DNA of 64,000 nt from Zootoca vivipara (lineage: Eukaryota), in contig NC_083292.1 of assembly GCF_963506605.1 (NCBI RefSeq), positions 15,190,001-15,254,000 of the forward strand, written 5' to 3'. The stretch's first letter is position 1. The number at the start of each line of letters is the position of its first letter. The position numbers were made by a program, and so were the translations under genes. Under the pieces are notes generated by a model. It did not search any database and was not told the origin of the DNA. It was given only the letters and a program-made list of their open reading frames with translations. Shown here in pieces: positions 41,701 through 52,777 of the stretch.

Positions 41701-43452
41701 GACCATGGGCTTTCCATGAAATTTATCTTCACCTGGAGGAGCCACTCATATGCAATCGCCTTGGAGCAGCTTGTGTGGCAAGGAGTTTTGAAAAGTTTTG
41801 AGTGGAATGTGCAGCCGCTGGCCCCTTCTCATGTGTTTTGGGAGAGGGAACACAACTTCCATCCAGGGCTTTGCTAAGCACAGGGCAAAGAAATCATGCT
41901 GGAAAGCTGCAAGAATCAGGATGGTCTCCCTCTCACCACCGACTGTTTGGCATCACTGAACTACTGCATGATTTGTGCCCCGGCCCAAACATACACACAA
42001 CATGAAGAGAAACTATTCTGGGCTTATTGCCCAAAGGATACTAAGGGCTAAGTTCAAGCTCAGGCCTCCAGATGGAGGGAACTGGACTTTGTTGTGGTAC
42101 AAAGAACATTCTGGTAAAATCCGCTCCTGTATTGAGGCTTTCACTGGGCCCTGAAAAGAACAATGGCATGATTAGACACAAAATGCAGACCTTATGAATG
42201 AAACAGCCCTTAAGGTGTACAAACATTTGCCCCCCCCCCCGAGATCTGGGGTGTGGAAAGCCAACAGCCACTTCTGGAGCCCTAAACCTTCCCCTTCTGC
42301 TCTGTTGTAGCCCAAGACTTTACTCAGCAAGTGGAGGAACAGGCAGAATCTGTGTGCCACAGAGAGCGGAAAAGGTTTCAAACTTACCATTTTAATTTCA
42401 ACACATCATATGAAATCAGTGGGACTTCCGCATAAAGGATTAGGAACTTAAACTGCCTACTTCATCCTTGATTCAAAGTGGTAGTGTGGATCTTATCACC
42501 TCCTTTTTCAGATACTTACAGGAAGGTAGGAGACAGAGAAATCGTATCTGTACTCTTCAGCTTGGAGCTTGTAAACCAACTTCATCATTGGGCCTCTACC
42601 AAAAAAAGGCAGCAAGAGAGAAAACATTCAGGACAGGGGGTAACATCTGGAACCACATCAGAGCTCTTCCCACTGCCCTCCTGAATAAAGAGGTTTACCC
42701 AGCATCAAGAAAGTCCAAGGCAATGTTGTACTCAGTAGGGTTTGCCCTCCCTTGTAAACAACGGAGGTTCCAACCTAAAATGATGCCATCTAAGCTGCCA
42801 AAGATGCTCTCCACCAGCCAGGGAAAGATGGCATGAAGTTCCTTCCAAGGGAAGAGAAACAGAAAAGCTATTATGGGTCACCTCAAAACAAAGATACACG
42901 TTGTTTGACTCAAAGACTTCTCAGGGGCTCCAAACCACAGAAGGCATTTTCTGTCTAGAAACCAATCTGTGCCAAATTTACTACTCCCAGGAGACTCAAG
43001 ACTAACAGCTAGTGGAAATATTATAGGCCTGAACAAGTAACAAGCCTTTTACCTTGGCAGGAAAATCTTCAATGACAGTCACAAGATCATGGCACCTCTG
43101 GGCAAAAGGCTTGTTCAGACAGTCAGCCTTTAAGCTATCCTGTTTTAAACAGAAGAGAAAATAAATCCACCTCAGACAAAGCAAAGAACCCTTGATCAGT
43201 CACTTGTGAGCAGGTCATTCCCAACCTGATCAAATTGAGATGGTGAAGAACCCAGGACCTGGTCTTCCCACAATACTGACACAGTATGACTTTGCCAAGA
43301 ACCAGCAGGAGGAGCCCCTTTCCCAGGTCTCCACCCTTCCAATACATAAAAGCAGCTCTGAAACTCAGGCAAAACAGCACAGAGGTCAACTGCTGTGAAA
43401 CCCCCTTACTTACCAAGAGGTAACTGTGCTGAGGAAAGTGATGGGCAGTCAT
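26705..43452 (-). CDS. SMPD4: Sphingomyelin phosphodiesterase 4 (neutral sphingomyelinase 3), 19 coding exons, 830 aa (842 aa if the in-frame ATG at 43488 is used)
   Basis: Exons on -: 43452-43414, 43139-43053, 42841-42699, 42595-42520, 42150-42042, 41334-41282, 40619-40465, 40131-39999, 39333-39262, 35809-35720, 32999-32854, 32512-32422, 31813-31710, 31212-31049, 30557-30349, 30007-29774, 28814-28683, 27956-27828, 27031-26705; total 2493 nt. Matches recalled SMPD4: [83 protein letters not shown], plus a C-terminal hydrophobic anchor. Confidence 0.97.
28221..28461. mobile_element. Tc1/mariner (Tigger/pogo-like) MITE
   Basis: TIRs CAGTGGTACCTC/GAGGTACCACTG flanked by TA on both sides. Confidence 0.85.
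33425..33860 (+). mobile_element. Decayed CR1 reverse-transcriptase fragment
   Basis: Degenerate translation resembles the SGVPQGSVLGPVLFNLFINDL, KFADDTKLFRV and LGEWA..WQM.FNV.KCKVMHIG motifs. Confidence 0.75.
34026..34155 (+). mobile_element. 130-bp Penelope-like element fragment with a minimal hammerhead-ribozyme motif
   Basis: 15-bp TSD CCCCCTTCTGCAGTG (34011-34025 and 34156-34170); GTAT-CTGAAGA-A-GTGTGCATGCACAT-GAAA-GCTC-ATAC. Confidence 0.78.
37800..38280 (-). mobile_element. Highly decayed L2/CR1-clade LINE endonuclease region
   Basis: Frameshifted motifs LLVHHPP (xYRPP), DSFNFH (GDFNxH), QDFMAAMG and HTLDQ (HTLDL) appear in APE-domain order. Confidence 0.5.
38747..38934. mobile_element. 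Tc1/mariner (Tigger-like) MITE
   Basis: TIRs CAGTCATACCTCGGTTTAAGTAC/GTACTTAAACCGAGGTACCACTG with TA flanks. Confidence 0.85.
41335..42041 (-). other. U12-type (minor spliceosome) GT-AG intron of SMPD4
   Basis: 5' splice site GTATCCTTT (42041-42033); branch site TCCTTGAC (41353-41346) with the branch A at -13; no conventional polypyrimidine tract. Confidence 0.92.
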
Positions 43453-44440
43453 CTCCGTGCCTCGGATGTGGCCAAAGGGTGGGGTCATTTCAGCAAGCTG
43501 CCAAGAGGAGGAGAAAAAGACAGGCCTCAAACTGGGACCTCAGCCTTGTTGGTGGATACCATTTATTATATGCTGCAGAGCTGGAGATGCCTCATCCTCC
43601 TGACCTGAATGTTATCACCAGCTCTGTTCCTGGATGTAACTGGGTGTGTGTGAGAGAAAAGTGCTCTGGAGTGGCTCAAACAGTGATGCCATGAAAGCCC
43701 CTCCTGTGAGGATTCTGAGTGCCATAAAGTTACAATGTCGGAAAGAAAGAATGTGTGGCAGGCACTGCCCTGGATGTTGCCACCCGCACTTGGATCTGAC
43801 AAGGTGGGCAGCGTTCAAAACTCCCATTGTTCTAGGCGCATTTTGTGACAAGGAATTTCATTAGCATTAGCAGCTTCCAAGGTCTGGGCACAGTGCTGCA
43901 CCTATGAGTTCAGATTAAAACTGCAGAGTAGAAGTAAAGGAGGACCTTTCTCTACCGCCCCACTTCCAGCCACTCTCTGAAGACCGGAGAAAATACCCCC
44001 TTATGAATATTGGTGTGGGGGAGCATGGCTTTGTTTTGTTTTTTTGCAGTCTTCAGGTGAGGACTAGAGCATGTGAAAAATGAACATAAGATTTCAGCTG
44101 CAGTTCATTCATTTGCAGCTTTGTACTCTTGTTATTTTTTTAAAAGCTCCTAAACATTCTGTTGTTGCACTCACAACCTAGGTTTTAGGTGCTGTTTAGC
44201 TCCTAGCTCTCATATCTCAGGGTGGGGTGCTTCACAATAGCGGCTGCTCTTTAGCAAACGCAAGGCAGCCTGAAACACCACTAGTGGTGGCTGCAGTTTT
44301 TTAAACCTTGTGCTTGAGCTTGCTTCTCCCCCCTTCTTCCTTTTCCCTTGTATGGTATGGTATGTCTGGTGTGAATATATGTGTGTGTGTGTGTGTATTG
44401 TGAAGCTGCTTGCTGGCAATATATATATATATATATATAT

Positions 44441-44798
44441 GGTCAGGGGGCCCTTTAGGTCATCAGGTCCTGTTGTGTCCGACTCGGGTTGCAGTGCTCA
44501 TCTCGCTCTACAGGCCGAGGGAGCCGGCGTTTGTCCGCAGACAGCTTCCAGGTCATGTGGCCAGCATGACAAAGCTGCTTCTGGCAAACCAGAGCAGTGC
44601 ACGGAAACGTCGTTTACCTTCCCACCAGAGCGGTACCTATTTATCTACTTGCACTTTGACATGCTTTCGAACTGCTAGGTTGGCAGGAGCTGGGATCGAG
44701 CAATGGGAGCTCACCCCGTTGCAGGGATTCGAACCGCGGACCTTCTGATCAGCAAGCCCTAGACTCTGTGGTTTAACCCACAGCGCCACCTGGGTCCC
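44441..44798 (-). mobile_element. Sauria SINE (lacertid-type head), nearly full length, inserted in an (AT)n tract
   Basis: Head GGGACCCAGGTGGCGCTGTGGGTTAAACC with B-box GGTTCGAATCC on -, diagnostic CATGCTGGCCACATGACCTGGAAG core; (AT)n on both flanks. Confidence 0.88.
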
Positions 44799-44959
44799 AT
44801 ATATATTGCAAGCAAGCAGCTTCTTAATGCAGTACTGATTTTTGAAAGCTGCTCTGATGGCGTTTATGTACTAGCCCTTAAGCCAAAAAATGCAGACAGC
44901 AGCATATAAATGTCTCAAGTAAACAAACAACACTTTCGAAAGACTTTCTGCCGTTTTTA

Positions 44960-45460
44960 GTCGCCGCCTTAGGCGCGGAGAGGCCTCCAGGGCGCCAAGC
45001 CCGCCAGGAGGGAGGCGCTGTGACTGTTCAGCCTGCGCCGAACGAAGGGACTTGAGCCCCTCTGGGCCACGGCGGGACTTTCTCCCGAGTAACCCTAACC
45101 AGAAGAAGAGGCAGCTCAGGGCATGCCTCGCATGGCTTTTGCGACAACGTGCTGGGCCTCTCCTCCGCCTCCTCAGCGAGGCCACCCGCCGCCGCCGCTC
45201 ACCTCCTCCCGCCTCCGGCATTTCAATCCCACCGCCTCTCCGCTCCGTCCGTCGCCAGGCAGGACGCAGGTTAAACGCGTCACCAACGCCCCAGCACGCC
45301 CCTCCCCTTAGGGACTACAGCCGCGGGTGCACTAAAGTGACGCAGCACGACCGACCCGCGCGCCTGGAACGAGCTCCTAGACGTCTTACAGGGTAGAGTG
45401 GCATGCGCAACGCCTAGTTTCCGGGTCGGAACAGTCCCTCCCGCCCCCCCCCCCCGGTCT
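44960..45460 (-). promoter_or_regulatory. SMPD4 CpG-island promoter and non-coding exon 1 (donor GAG|GTGAGC after 45203)
   Basis: CpG-dense; NRF1-like GCATGCGCA (45401-45409), ETS-like TTCCGG, half-CRE TGACG, GC boxes. Confidence 0.8.
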
Positions 45461-46604
45461 TCCTCTCTCCTCCTCTTCTTATCACTTTCACACAGGCAGT
45501 CCAAAGGGCAACTAGATCGATGGAACGTGCCCAAGCATCAGCACGTAGCCTGAAGGAATAGGTGGCAAAATTTGCAAAGAAAAAAAAAAGATTCTGAAAC
45601 TGAACCTTTAAAGAGATTTAAATTTTTAACATCAGACTTAAAATTTTAACATCACAAATTCACAAGATGATTTGTGCGCTACGACATTTTCTTTTGTATT
45701 TGAGAAATATCGCCGTGTTACTTTATCCTTGCAATTGAAAATAAATTTGGCGGTTTCAAGTTGTGTGCAGTACACAAAACCTACACAGTAAACTCGTTTA
45801 TGAAAATGGAAGTTGGCAATTTATGCAAACAGCCTTGCCTAGGGCGCAAAATAGCCTAGCACCGGCACTGAGAAGGTGTGTGAGAAACCCCCGCGAGGCG
45901 CGCTTGGGACGCCTCGTTTTTCGCCGTGGTGAGGAGGACCACGCTTGGATCGGACTGTCCACTGAAGGGACTTTTGAAAAGCCTGGCAGTTCTCGCCTTT
46001 CTCCGCCAGGCGGAGGGAAAGGGTAGCCGGCAGCTGCTTCAGAAGCAACCTGCTCCCTGCCTTCTCTGTCCTGGCAAAGCTCCCCCATCCAGCGACCCAC
46101 CCCGGCCTAGGCAGTTTTCCTCCCCTCGGGGGCTGTTTGCTGGCCGTTGGTATGCGCCACAATATCCGATTCCTGGCATGAAGATATGGGTGGCTCCCCC
46201 CCCCCCCCAGTTGGGTCCAGCGATCCTGCAGGATTGCTGCTGCTCCGCAGGTGCCAAAGGGGCTACATCATGGACTGACTCATTAAAAAAAAAAGCCACC
46301 GTAGGAAACTGCCGTATCCTGAGTCAGGCCATTGCTCCATCTAGCTTTGTACCGGTATATACAGTACTGATAGGCAGCGACTACCCAGCGTTTCAGAAAG
46401 GGAGTTTTCCCCCAGCCCAGCCTGGAAATAAAAACAGAGAATTGCAGAGTTGGAAGGGACCACTCCGCAAGGGTCATCCAGTCCAACCCCCTGCAATGCA
46501 GGAATCTTTTTGTTCAACAAGCGGCCCGAACCCACAACCCTGAGACTAAGATTCTCGTTAAGGTGCCACTGGAGATTGAACTTGGGATTTCTCAGCCTGC
46601 AGAG

Positions 46605-47292
46605 TGTTATAGAAAATTATAAGGGGGTTGCAGAACACCATTCCTAATGAACAGAGAGGGGTGACCGAACCTGACAGCTGCAGTTACCCAGAATCCCTCG
46701 CAACACCACCTTCTTCGCCTCTGCTCCACTCCAGAGACCCGCACCCCTCCCGCTTGGACTCAACCCTGCCTTAAGGAAGGCTTAAGGATCAGCATATGCA
46801 CACATTTCCACATGACTAGCAACTTGGGAGCCATAATTCCCTGTCAATGGTATCTCATTCACAATGGAAGACTCCTCTGAACAAAAGACAGTAATCAACT
46901 CTTATGAAAATGTTAATTTCTCTTTGTGTTTAGGAATTCACACCTGGGAGGGGTGATAGGAGGACTAGGAGAGGTGTCAAAAGTGCTCAGATTTCTACCT
47001 TGAACCCTCCTTTTTTGTGAGGTATTGATTACATAGCTGTGATGTAGGAATGATGTATTGGGGGCGTTTCTTGGTGATGGGAAAACTGATAAAAGTGGAG
47101 GTTCTCTTTTGTTCTGGGTTCCTTCCTTGTTCTCCTGCGTGAGGGGAAGGACCCTGTTGCAACAGCAAATAAAGGCTTTGCTTCTCAAACTTCTCTGGTT
47201 GGCCTCTGTTATATATTCTCCGACCGATGGAGAACCCAATAAGGCTCTTGTGTACCCCATAAGGGAATAAGAGCAGATTTTTGCTTAGAACA
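46605..47292 (+). mobile_element. Solo LTR (688 bp), ERV1- or Gypsy-like, inserted into a tRNA-derived SINE head
   Basis: TGTT...AACA termini, 4-bp TSD AGAG (46601-46604 and 47293-47296), TATA-like GATAAAAG (47088), AATAAA (47168). The flanks rejoin into a SINE A/B-box head on -. Confidence 0.85.
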
Positions 47293-47455
47293 AGAGCACA
47301 GGTCCTCTGCCACTGAGCTATGGACTTTCCAGGCTCCTCCAGCCAACACTCATCCCTCTTTCCTTGCGCTAAGCTCAGGAGGCTGCCTGATTCAACCCAT
47401 TAGCTCTGCTTTTGCCTTTGCAAATTAGACCCGCTGTTGGAGCGAAAGAGGTTAC

Positions 47456-47604
47456 AGCAGCTTCCCCCAACCTGGTGCCTTCCAGACACCCTCGTAGCCC
47501 ATTACAACATCAGCTCCAGCCAGGGCACATGCCCACGACACTGGGGCTGATCGAAGTTGTCGTTCAACAACATCTGGAGGGCACCTGCTTGGGGAAGGCT
47601 GCAT
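47456..47604. mobile_element. Degraded palindromic hAT-type MITE
   Basis: CAGCAGCTTCCCCCAACCTGGTGCCTTCCAGA...TCTGGAGGGCACCTGCTTGGGGAAGGCTG. Confidence 0.6.
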
Positions 47605-48294
47605 AAACCTCTCACTTTGTAAGTGAACCCCAACAGGAGCACACCAAATGCAAAAAGAAGTCGGAAGCAGCTCCGATTCCAGGAAGGCCTTCTGCCTCAT
47701 TGATTCTGACATAACTTTTCCAGTAAACTGCAAAAAATTAGCCGAAGCCGAACACGAGGTTGAGTTTCACTCTGGGCCTCTCTTTGCCTGGGGTGTGGAA
47801 AGCAGAGTGGAATGATGGCAGAGTCAACATGCTTGAAGATGACTTCAAAGCCGAAAAGTGAGGGGATGTTCCTCCAAGGGCCATGGGTTTGGGCCTCTGC
47901 CAAAGACTCTTTGGTTGTGCCCAACAGGCAGGCAGGGACCAGCCCTTCACTTGCAGCCAACTTGTCTCTAGTCAAAGATTGGCCTTTGTTTTGCTGCCCT
48001 TCCATCAAGGAGCCCAGGTCAGGGGAGGCCATCTGAGCTGAGAGTTGGAAGATTGCGGACAGCGAAAATAAAGCTCTGCATATTTAAGCTGCCTGACATG
48101 GGCAGTGGTGGCCACCAACCTTTAAAAGAGGATTAGACAAATTCATGGAGGGGAGGGCACACACAGAGACAGAGAATGATTCATGATACATTGATAGGTC
48201 CAAAATTACGAAACCAATATATTGCCCAGCCCTAATCAGAAGAGCCTGCTAGATGCCCAATGGCCCAATGGCCCATTTTGTCCAGCATCCTCTT

Positions 48295-48435
48295 CAGGGC
48301 CGTCTCGAGCAGGCCGGGTGCCCTGGCGCTGAGGCGCAGAGATCGCTCCGGCGACTTCGCCGCGCAGCGTCCCCCCCCCCTAGCCCTGCGCCCTGGCGCC
48401 CTGCGCCACCGGGACTGCACCTAGAGCCGGGCCTG
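48295..48435. mobile_element. 141-bp GC-rich hAT MITE nested in a minus-strand CR1 3' relic (~48236-48625)
   Basis: Termini CAGGGCCG/CGGGCCTG; perfect 8-bp TSD ATCCTCTT (48287-48294 and 48436-48443). Confidence 0.85.
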
Positions 48436-48961
48436 ATCCTCTTCTCACAGTTGGCCAGCAAGATGCCACAATGAGAAAACTGCAAGCAGGATCCAAGCAC
48501 AAGAGCACTCTCCCTTCCTGTGGTTTCCAGCAACTGCCCCTGACTGTGGAGGCAGAGCATAGCCATCGTGGCTAGTAGCCATTGATAGCTCTTTCCTCCG
48601 CAAATTTGCCTAATCCTCTTTTAAAGTACAGCACACACCATGTATGCCAGTGGCTAAGGCCAAAGGCCAAGGCTGACATCTCAAGGAGGCCAGGAGGGGT
48701 ATGTTTGCATGTGTTAAACCTCTGTTTTTGAAATCCTGTAAGTTATGGCGACATCTGCATGTACGCTATACCCTTAAAGTACATGTGCACACCAAAAGAG
48801 GGGGGGGGGAATAATGGAATGGTAGTTTCCCCTTGTGGAACTACATTTACCAGCACCCTTAACAAACTACCCATATAATTCCCAGGATTCACTGAGAGGG
48901 AGAATGATATTGTGTGTACAATGTGAGGCAAATAAAGAAACGGTGAAATAAATCTTTGTAA

Positions 48962-49473
48962 ACTACTGGGGAAACCATAGCTTTAACTATACGGACCTTG
49001 CCGAGAAAGGTCCGTATAGTTAAAGCTATGGTTTTCCCAGTAGTGATGTATGGAAGTGAGAGCTGGACCATAAAGAAGGCTGATCGCCGAAGAATTGATG
49101 CTTTTGAAATTTGGTGCTGGAGGAGACTCTTGAGAGTCCCACGGACTGCAAGAAGATCAAACCTATCCATTCTGAAGGAAATCAGCCCTGAGTGCTCACT
49201 GGAAGGACAGATCGTGAAGCTGAGGCTCCAAGACTTTGGCCATCTCATGAGAAGAGAAGACTCCCTGGAAAAGACCCTGGTGTTGGGAAAGATGGAGGGC
49301 ACAAGGAGAAGGGGACGACAGAGAACGAGATGGTTGGACAGTGTTCTCGAAGCTACGAACATGAGTTTGACCAAACTGCGGGAGGCAGTGGAAGACAAGA
49401 GTACCTGGCAAGCTATGGTCCATGGGGTCACGAAGAGTCGGACATGACTAAACAACAACAAACAACAACAACA
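48962..49473 (+). mobile_element. BovB (RTE) LINE 3' end with a 5' inverted duplication
   Basis: ORF KVRIVKAMVFPVVMYGSESWTIKKADRRRIDAFEIWCWRRLLRVP...GHLMRREDSLEKTLVLGKMEG...VHGVTKSRT; (CAA)n tail. Confidence 0.95.
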
Positions 49474-50514
49474 AAATGTGTTTTCTTGATGTCTCCTGAA
49501 AGTGTTAAATGCAAATTAGATGCTAATAATAATAACAATTAGTGTTCAGGTCCTGCCTGTGGGCTTCTGACTGGCCATTTGGTGGAGAGGAAGATGGACT
49601 CTTTGGCCTGATCCTGCTGCTTCTGCTTCAGGGCTCTTCTGGGACTCTTCTAAATATACAGTATGAGGGGTTTTCTCTCTCAATATTCTACCCATTCTAC
49701 CGCCTCCTAAAATTTATGGATAAAGAAACAGCAAGGTGAAAATAACAACACAAAACAAACTCCTGCTGTGCTGGAAGTTTTTGTTTTTTGGGGGACGGGG
49801 TTTAAAAAAGGTTGTTTGAGGGGAATTGAAGGGAAGATGGGGAAAGAGGAAAGCAGAACGAGATTATTGTTTTTTAACAGGGGAGGGGGGGATCATAAAC
49901 TGAGAATCTTGACCAAGTCTTCCTTTCAGAGAGAGAAGACTCAAAATCCTCGTAAGAGTACATTTTTAAAAATAATAATCTTGTCATGCTGTTGCCCCAT
50001 TGAAATATGAGAACCACCCCACCAAATAAGGATTAAAAAATGACTCGATTGTATCTTGCAATGGCCTTGCTAGTAATCACACCATGATGCATAGTTATAA
50101 ACCAGCAGCATGTGTCATGTATTTTCCCCAAATCGAAAGATATCAATGGACTCTCTCACATTTCTGAGTTTGAGGAGGGGGTGGAGTGAAGAAGACCTCT
50201 TAACTGTTACCAGAGACTGGACAGAAAACCAAGGAAAGGAGCCTGAATGAGAATAGAAATCAAATATTTATCTGCTGAAGCAACTCTGGGACTTAACCCA
50301 GGACATGCCTGCAAGGCTTTGGAAAGGATTTTTCTCTGCCGAGAAGTCCATGGCAAAGCTCCCATTGATTCCAGAGGGGTCTACAGTCTCCCATTATTCA
50401 TGCGGAGCTTATTGGCATCACAATCAGCAGTAGTACAGGAACCCGAACTGTTCGCAACCCGAGCGGTTCGTAAACCGAGGTACGACTGTACTAGTAGTTG
50501 ATAGTAACAATATA

Positions 50515-50670
50515 GGCAGCTGCCTTATATGGAGTCAGACCACTGGTCCATCTAGCTCAATACTGTCTTCACTGATCGGCAGCAGCTCTGTAGGGTTTCA
50601 GGCAGAGACTCTTTCCTCAGCTTTACCTAGAAGCAGCTGCTCTTATCACTGCAGCCCTTTCCTAAGGCAG
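50515..50670 (-). mobile_element. Squamate tRNA-derived SINE (Squam3-like) fragment
   Basis: On -: CTGCCTGAAACCCTACAGAGCTGCTGCC...TGAGCTAGATGGACCAGTGGTCTGACTCCATATAAGGCAGCT. Confidence 0.65.
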
Positions 50671-52029
50671 CAGGTGTACATTTTTCCTATATAGATTAGC
50701 AGGGAATTTGCAGGAACCAAAATAATAATAAAAATTGTGGTTTTTAAATGGATCTCATAATTGGCGAGTTTGGCTCCATCCAACCAAAAATACCAAAGTC
50801 ATTTTTCAGTCTGTCATCTTGATTCAAAATGGTGCCCATCATCCGAATGCCAACGAGGACGTTTGCCCCCGCCTGGTTTTACAAGCTTGGATACGATATC
50901 TTGAGAAGAGTCTGAATATATTCTAGAACAGATGGACAGACAGACACACGAACCACTTTCCAAAACATATAGTAGATAGAAAAGTGTCCATATGCCAGGG
51001 TCGGCCCAAGTCATTTTGGCGCCTGAGGTGGACTTCAAAATGGCGTCCTCCCTCCCCACCAGAGAAGAAGAAGGGGAATAAAGATTTACAGTAGGACCTG
51101 CTGCCCCTGTCGATCCTGCCGCCTGAAGCGATTGCCTCACCTTGCCTCATGGGTGAGATGGCAAAAAAGGACCACAGTATTAAGAATTAGATAACTCTTA
51201 ATAATGTCACTCGTAAAGCCTGAAGATTGCGGAGCCCTTCCGTATTTCCAAAAGGACTTCCTTCCCCCTCTCCTTTCAAAGGTCTGTGAATGCAGAGTCC
51301 TGTTGCGTTTCCAAACCACTCTTCACATGCTTTAGTAGCCTTCCCCCTTCCTTCCCCTCCAAAATATTAACAGATCATGCCTGACTTCCCCTCTCTTCAG
51401 AAAGTGCCTCAAGACTGGGTTGTTTATGCATGCAGAACATTGCATAATCCCGTTAATCCCATCTTCAGATTTAATTAGAGGCCCCTCTCTGCTTTTGTGT
51501 GCTTTCATTTTTAAAACACTTTCTCTTCTATTTCTCCATTTCCTTCCTTCCAGTTTTATGACTGATCCGTTTGCAAACCTGTGGGGCTATGTTTGACTCT
51601 CCTTTCTTGTCGTCGGCGTCCCCCCCCCCCCACGATACCACACAGCTCTGGCCTTCTTCTTCAAAAGAGCAAAGGGGAGAGAAGGGGGAGCCATGGTCCG
51701 ACAATTTCTGGAGGAACAAACAAGCAGAGACGCACACTCAGACTTCCCAGCCCTGCATGAAGGTATTTTTAAAGGTGTATCATATTTCAAGGCCTGGTGT
51801 CGCACTGAGGCTGGTGTGTCAGCTGCAGCTCCTTCCTGGAGAGAGAGAACCTGGCCATGATTTGGTGCCATCTTGCCTGCACTACTACAACTGTCATGCC
51901 TGGGGCTACCTTTGAAGACTGTACAAAGCACAAGAGGTCTTCCCAATGCAGTAGGCATTGCTGGCTGGGACTGGAGAGGACAGAGTCTGCCTTGCCAGTC
52001 TTAAAACAGCTGCTCTCTTCAGCTCCTAG

Positions 52030-52634
52030 TGTCACAGTCCGGTCGGCGGGCGGTTGAAGCCCTGACTGAGGACGTCAGGACCAGAGGCAAGATGGTGATG
52101 TAGAAGCAGGAACAGGTGCAGGGTTGAGGGTCCAGCAGCAGGCAGTCACAGGGTCAAGGAGCAAGGCAGAGGCGAAGGTCTGGGAGTCAAGGAGCAAGGC
52201 GTCGGCAAGGCAAAGGTCCGAGGGTCGAGGATCAAGGCGTCGGCAAGGCAGAGGTCCAAGGGTCGAGGATCAAGGCGTCGGCAAGGCGAGGGTCCAAGGA
52301 GCAAGGCGTCGGCAAGGCAAGGGTCCAAGGGTCAAGGCGTCAGCAAGGCAAGGGTCCAAGGAGCGAGAGGCCAGAGGCAACCAGGCAGGGGTAGCGTTGC
52401 TGTGGCAAAGAGCTGAAGGGAAATGCTGAGCTTTTATCCCTCCCAGCTCCTGCCACCAGGTGCAGTGAGGTATCAAGTGGCCTCACCTGAGTGACCACTC
52501 CTTGCCTCTCCAGCACAAACTGAGGTCTTCACCTGAGTGGCCACTCCTTGCTTCTCCAGCACAAGCTGAGGCAGGCCCCAGTCCTGCAAAGCACTACAGG
52601 CCCCAGAGCCTGACTCCCGCCCATACTCCTGACA
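52030..52634 (-). mobile_element. Solo LTR (605 bp), Gypsy- or BEL-like, with internal tandem arrays
   Basis: TGTCA...TGACA termini, 5-bp TSD CCTAG (52025-52029 and 52635-52639), TATA-like GATAAAAG on - at 52431-52438; strand inferred from the TATA-like motif only. Confidence 0.82.
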
Positions 52635-52641
52635 CCTAGTC

Positions 52642-52777
52642 CAGGCATCCCCAAACTGCGGCCCTCCAGATGTTTTGGCCTACAACTCCCATGATCCCTA
52701 GCTAAGAGGACCAGTAGTCAGGGATGATGGGAATTGTAGTCCAAAACATCTGGAGGGCCAAAGTTTAGGGATGCCTG
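52642..52777. mobile_element. 136-bp palindromic hAT MITE
   Basis: Same family and length as 6702-6837 and 56902-57037; CAGGCATCCC termini; no matching TSD. Confidence 0.85.

Noticed and set aside
45926-46543. 205-aa plus-strand ORF divergent from SMPD4
   Set aside because: GTG start, no recognisable domain, and it runs into a CR1-tail repeat fragment.
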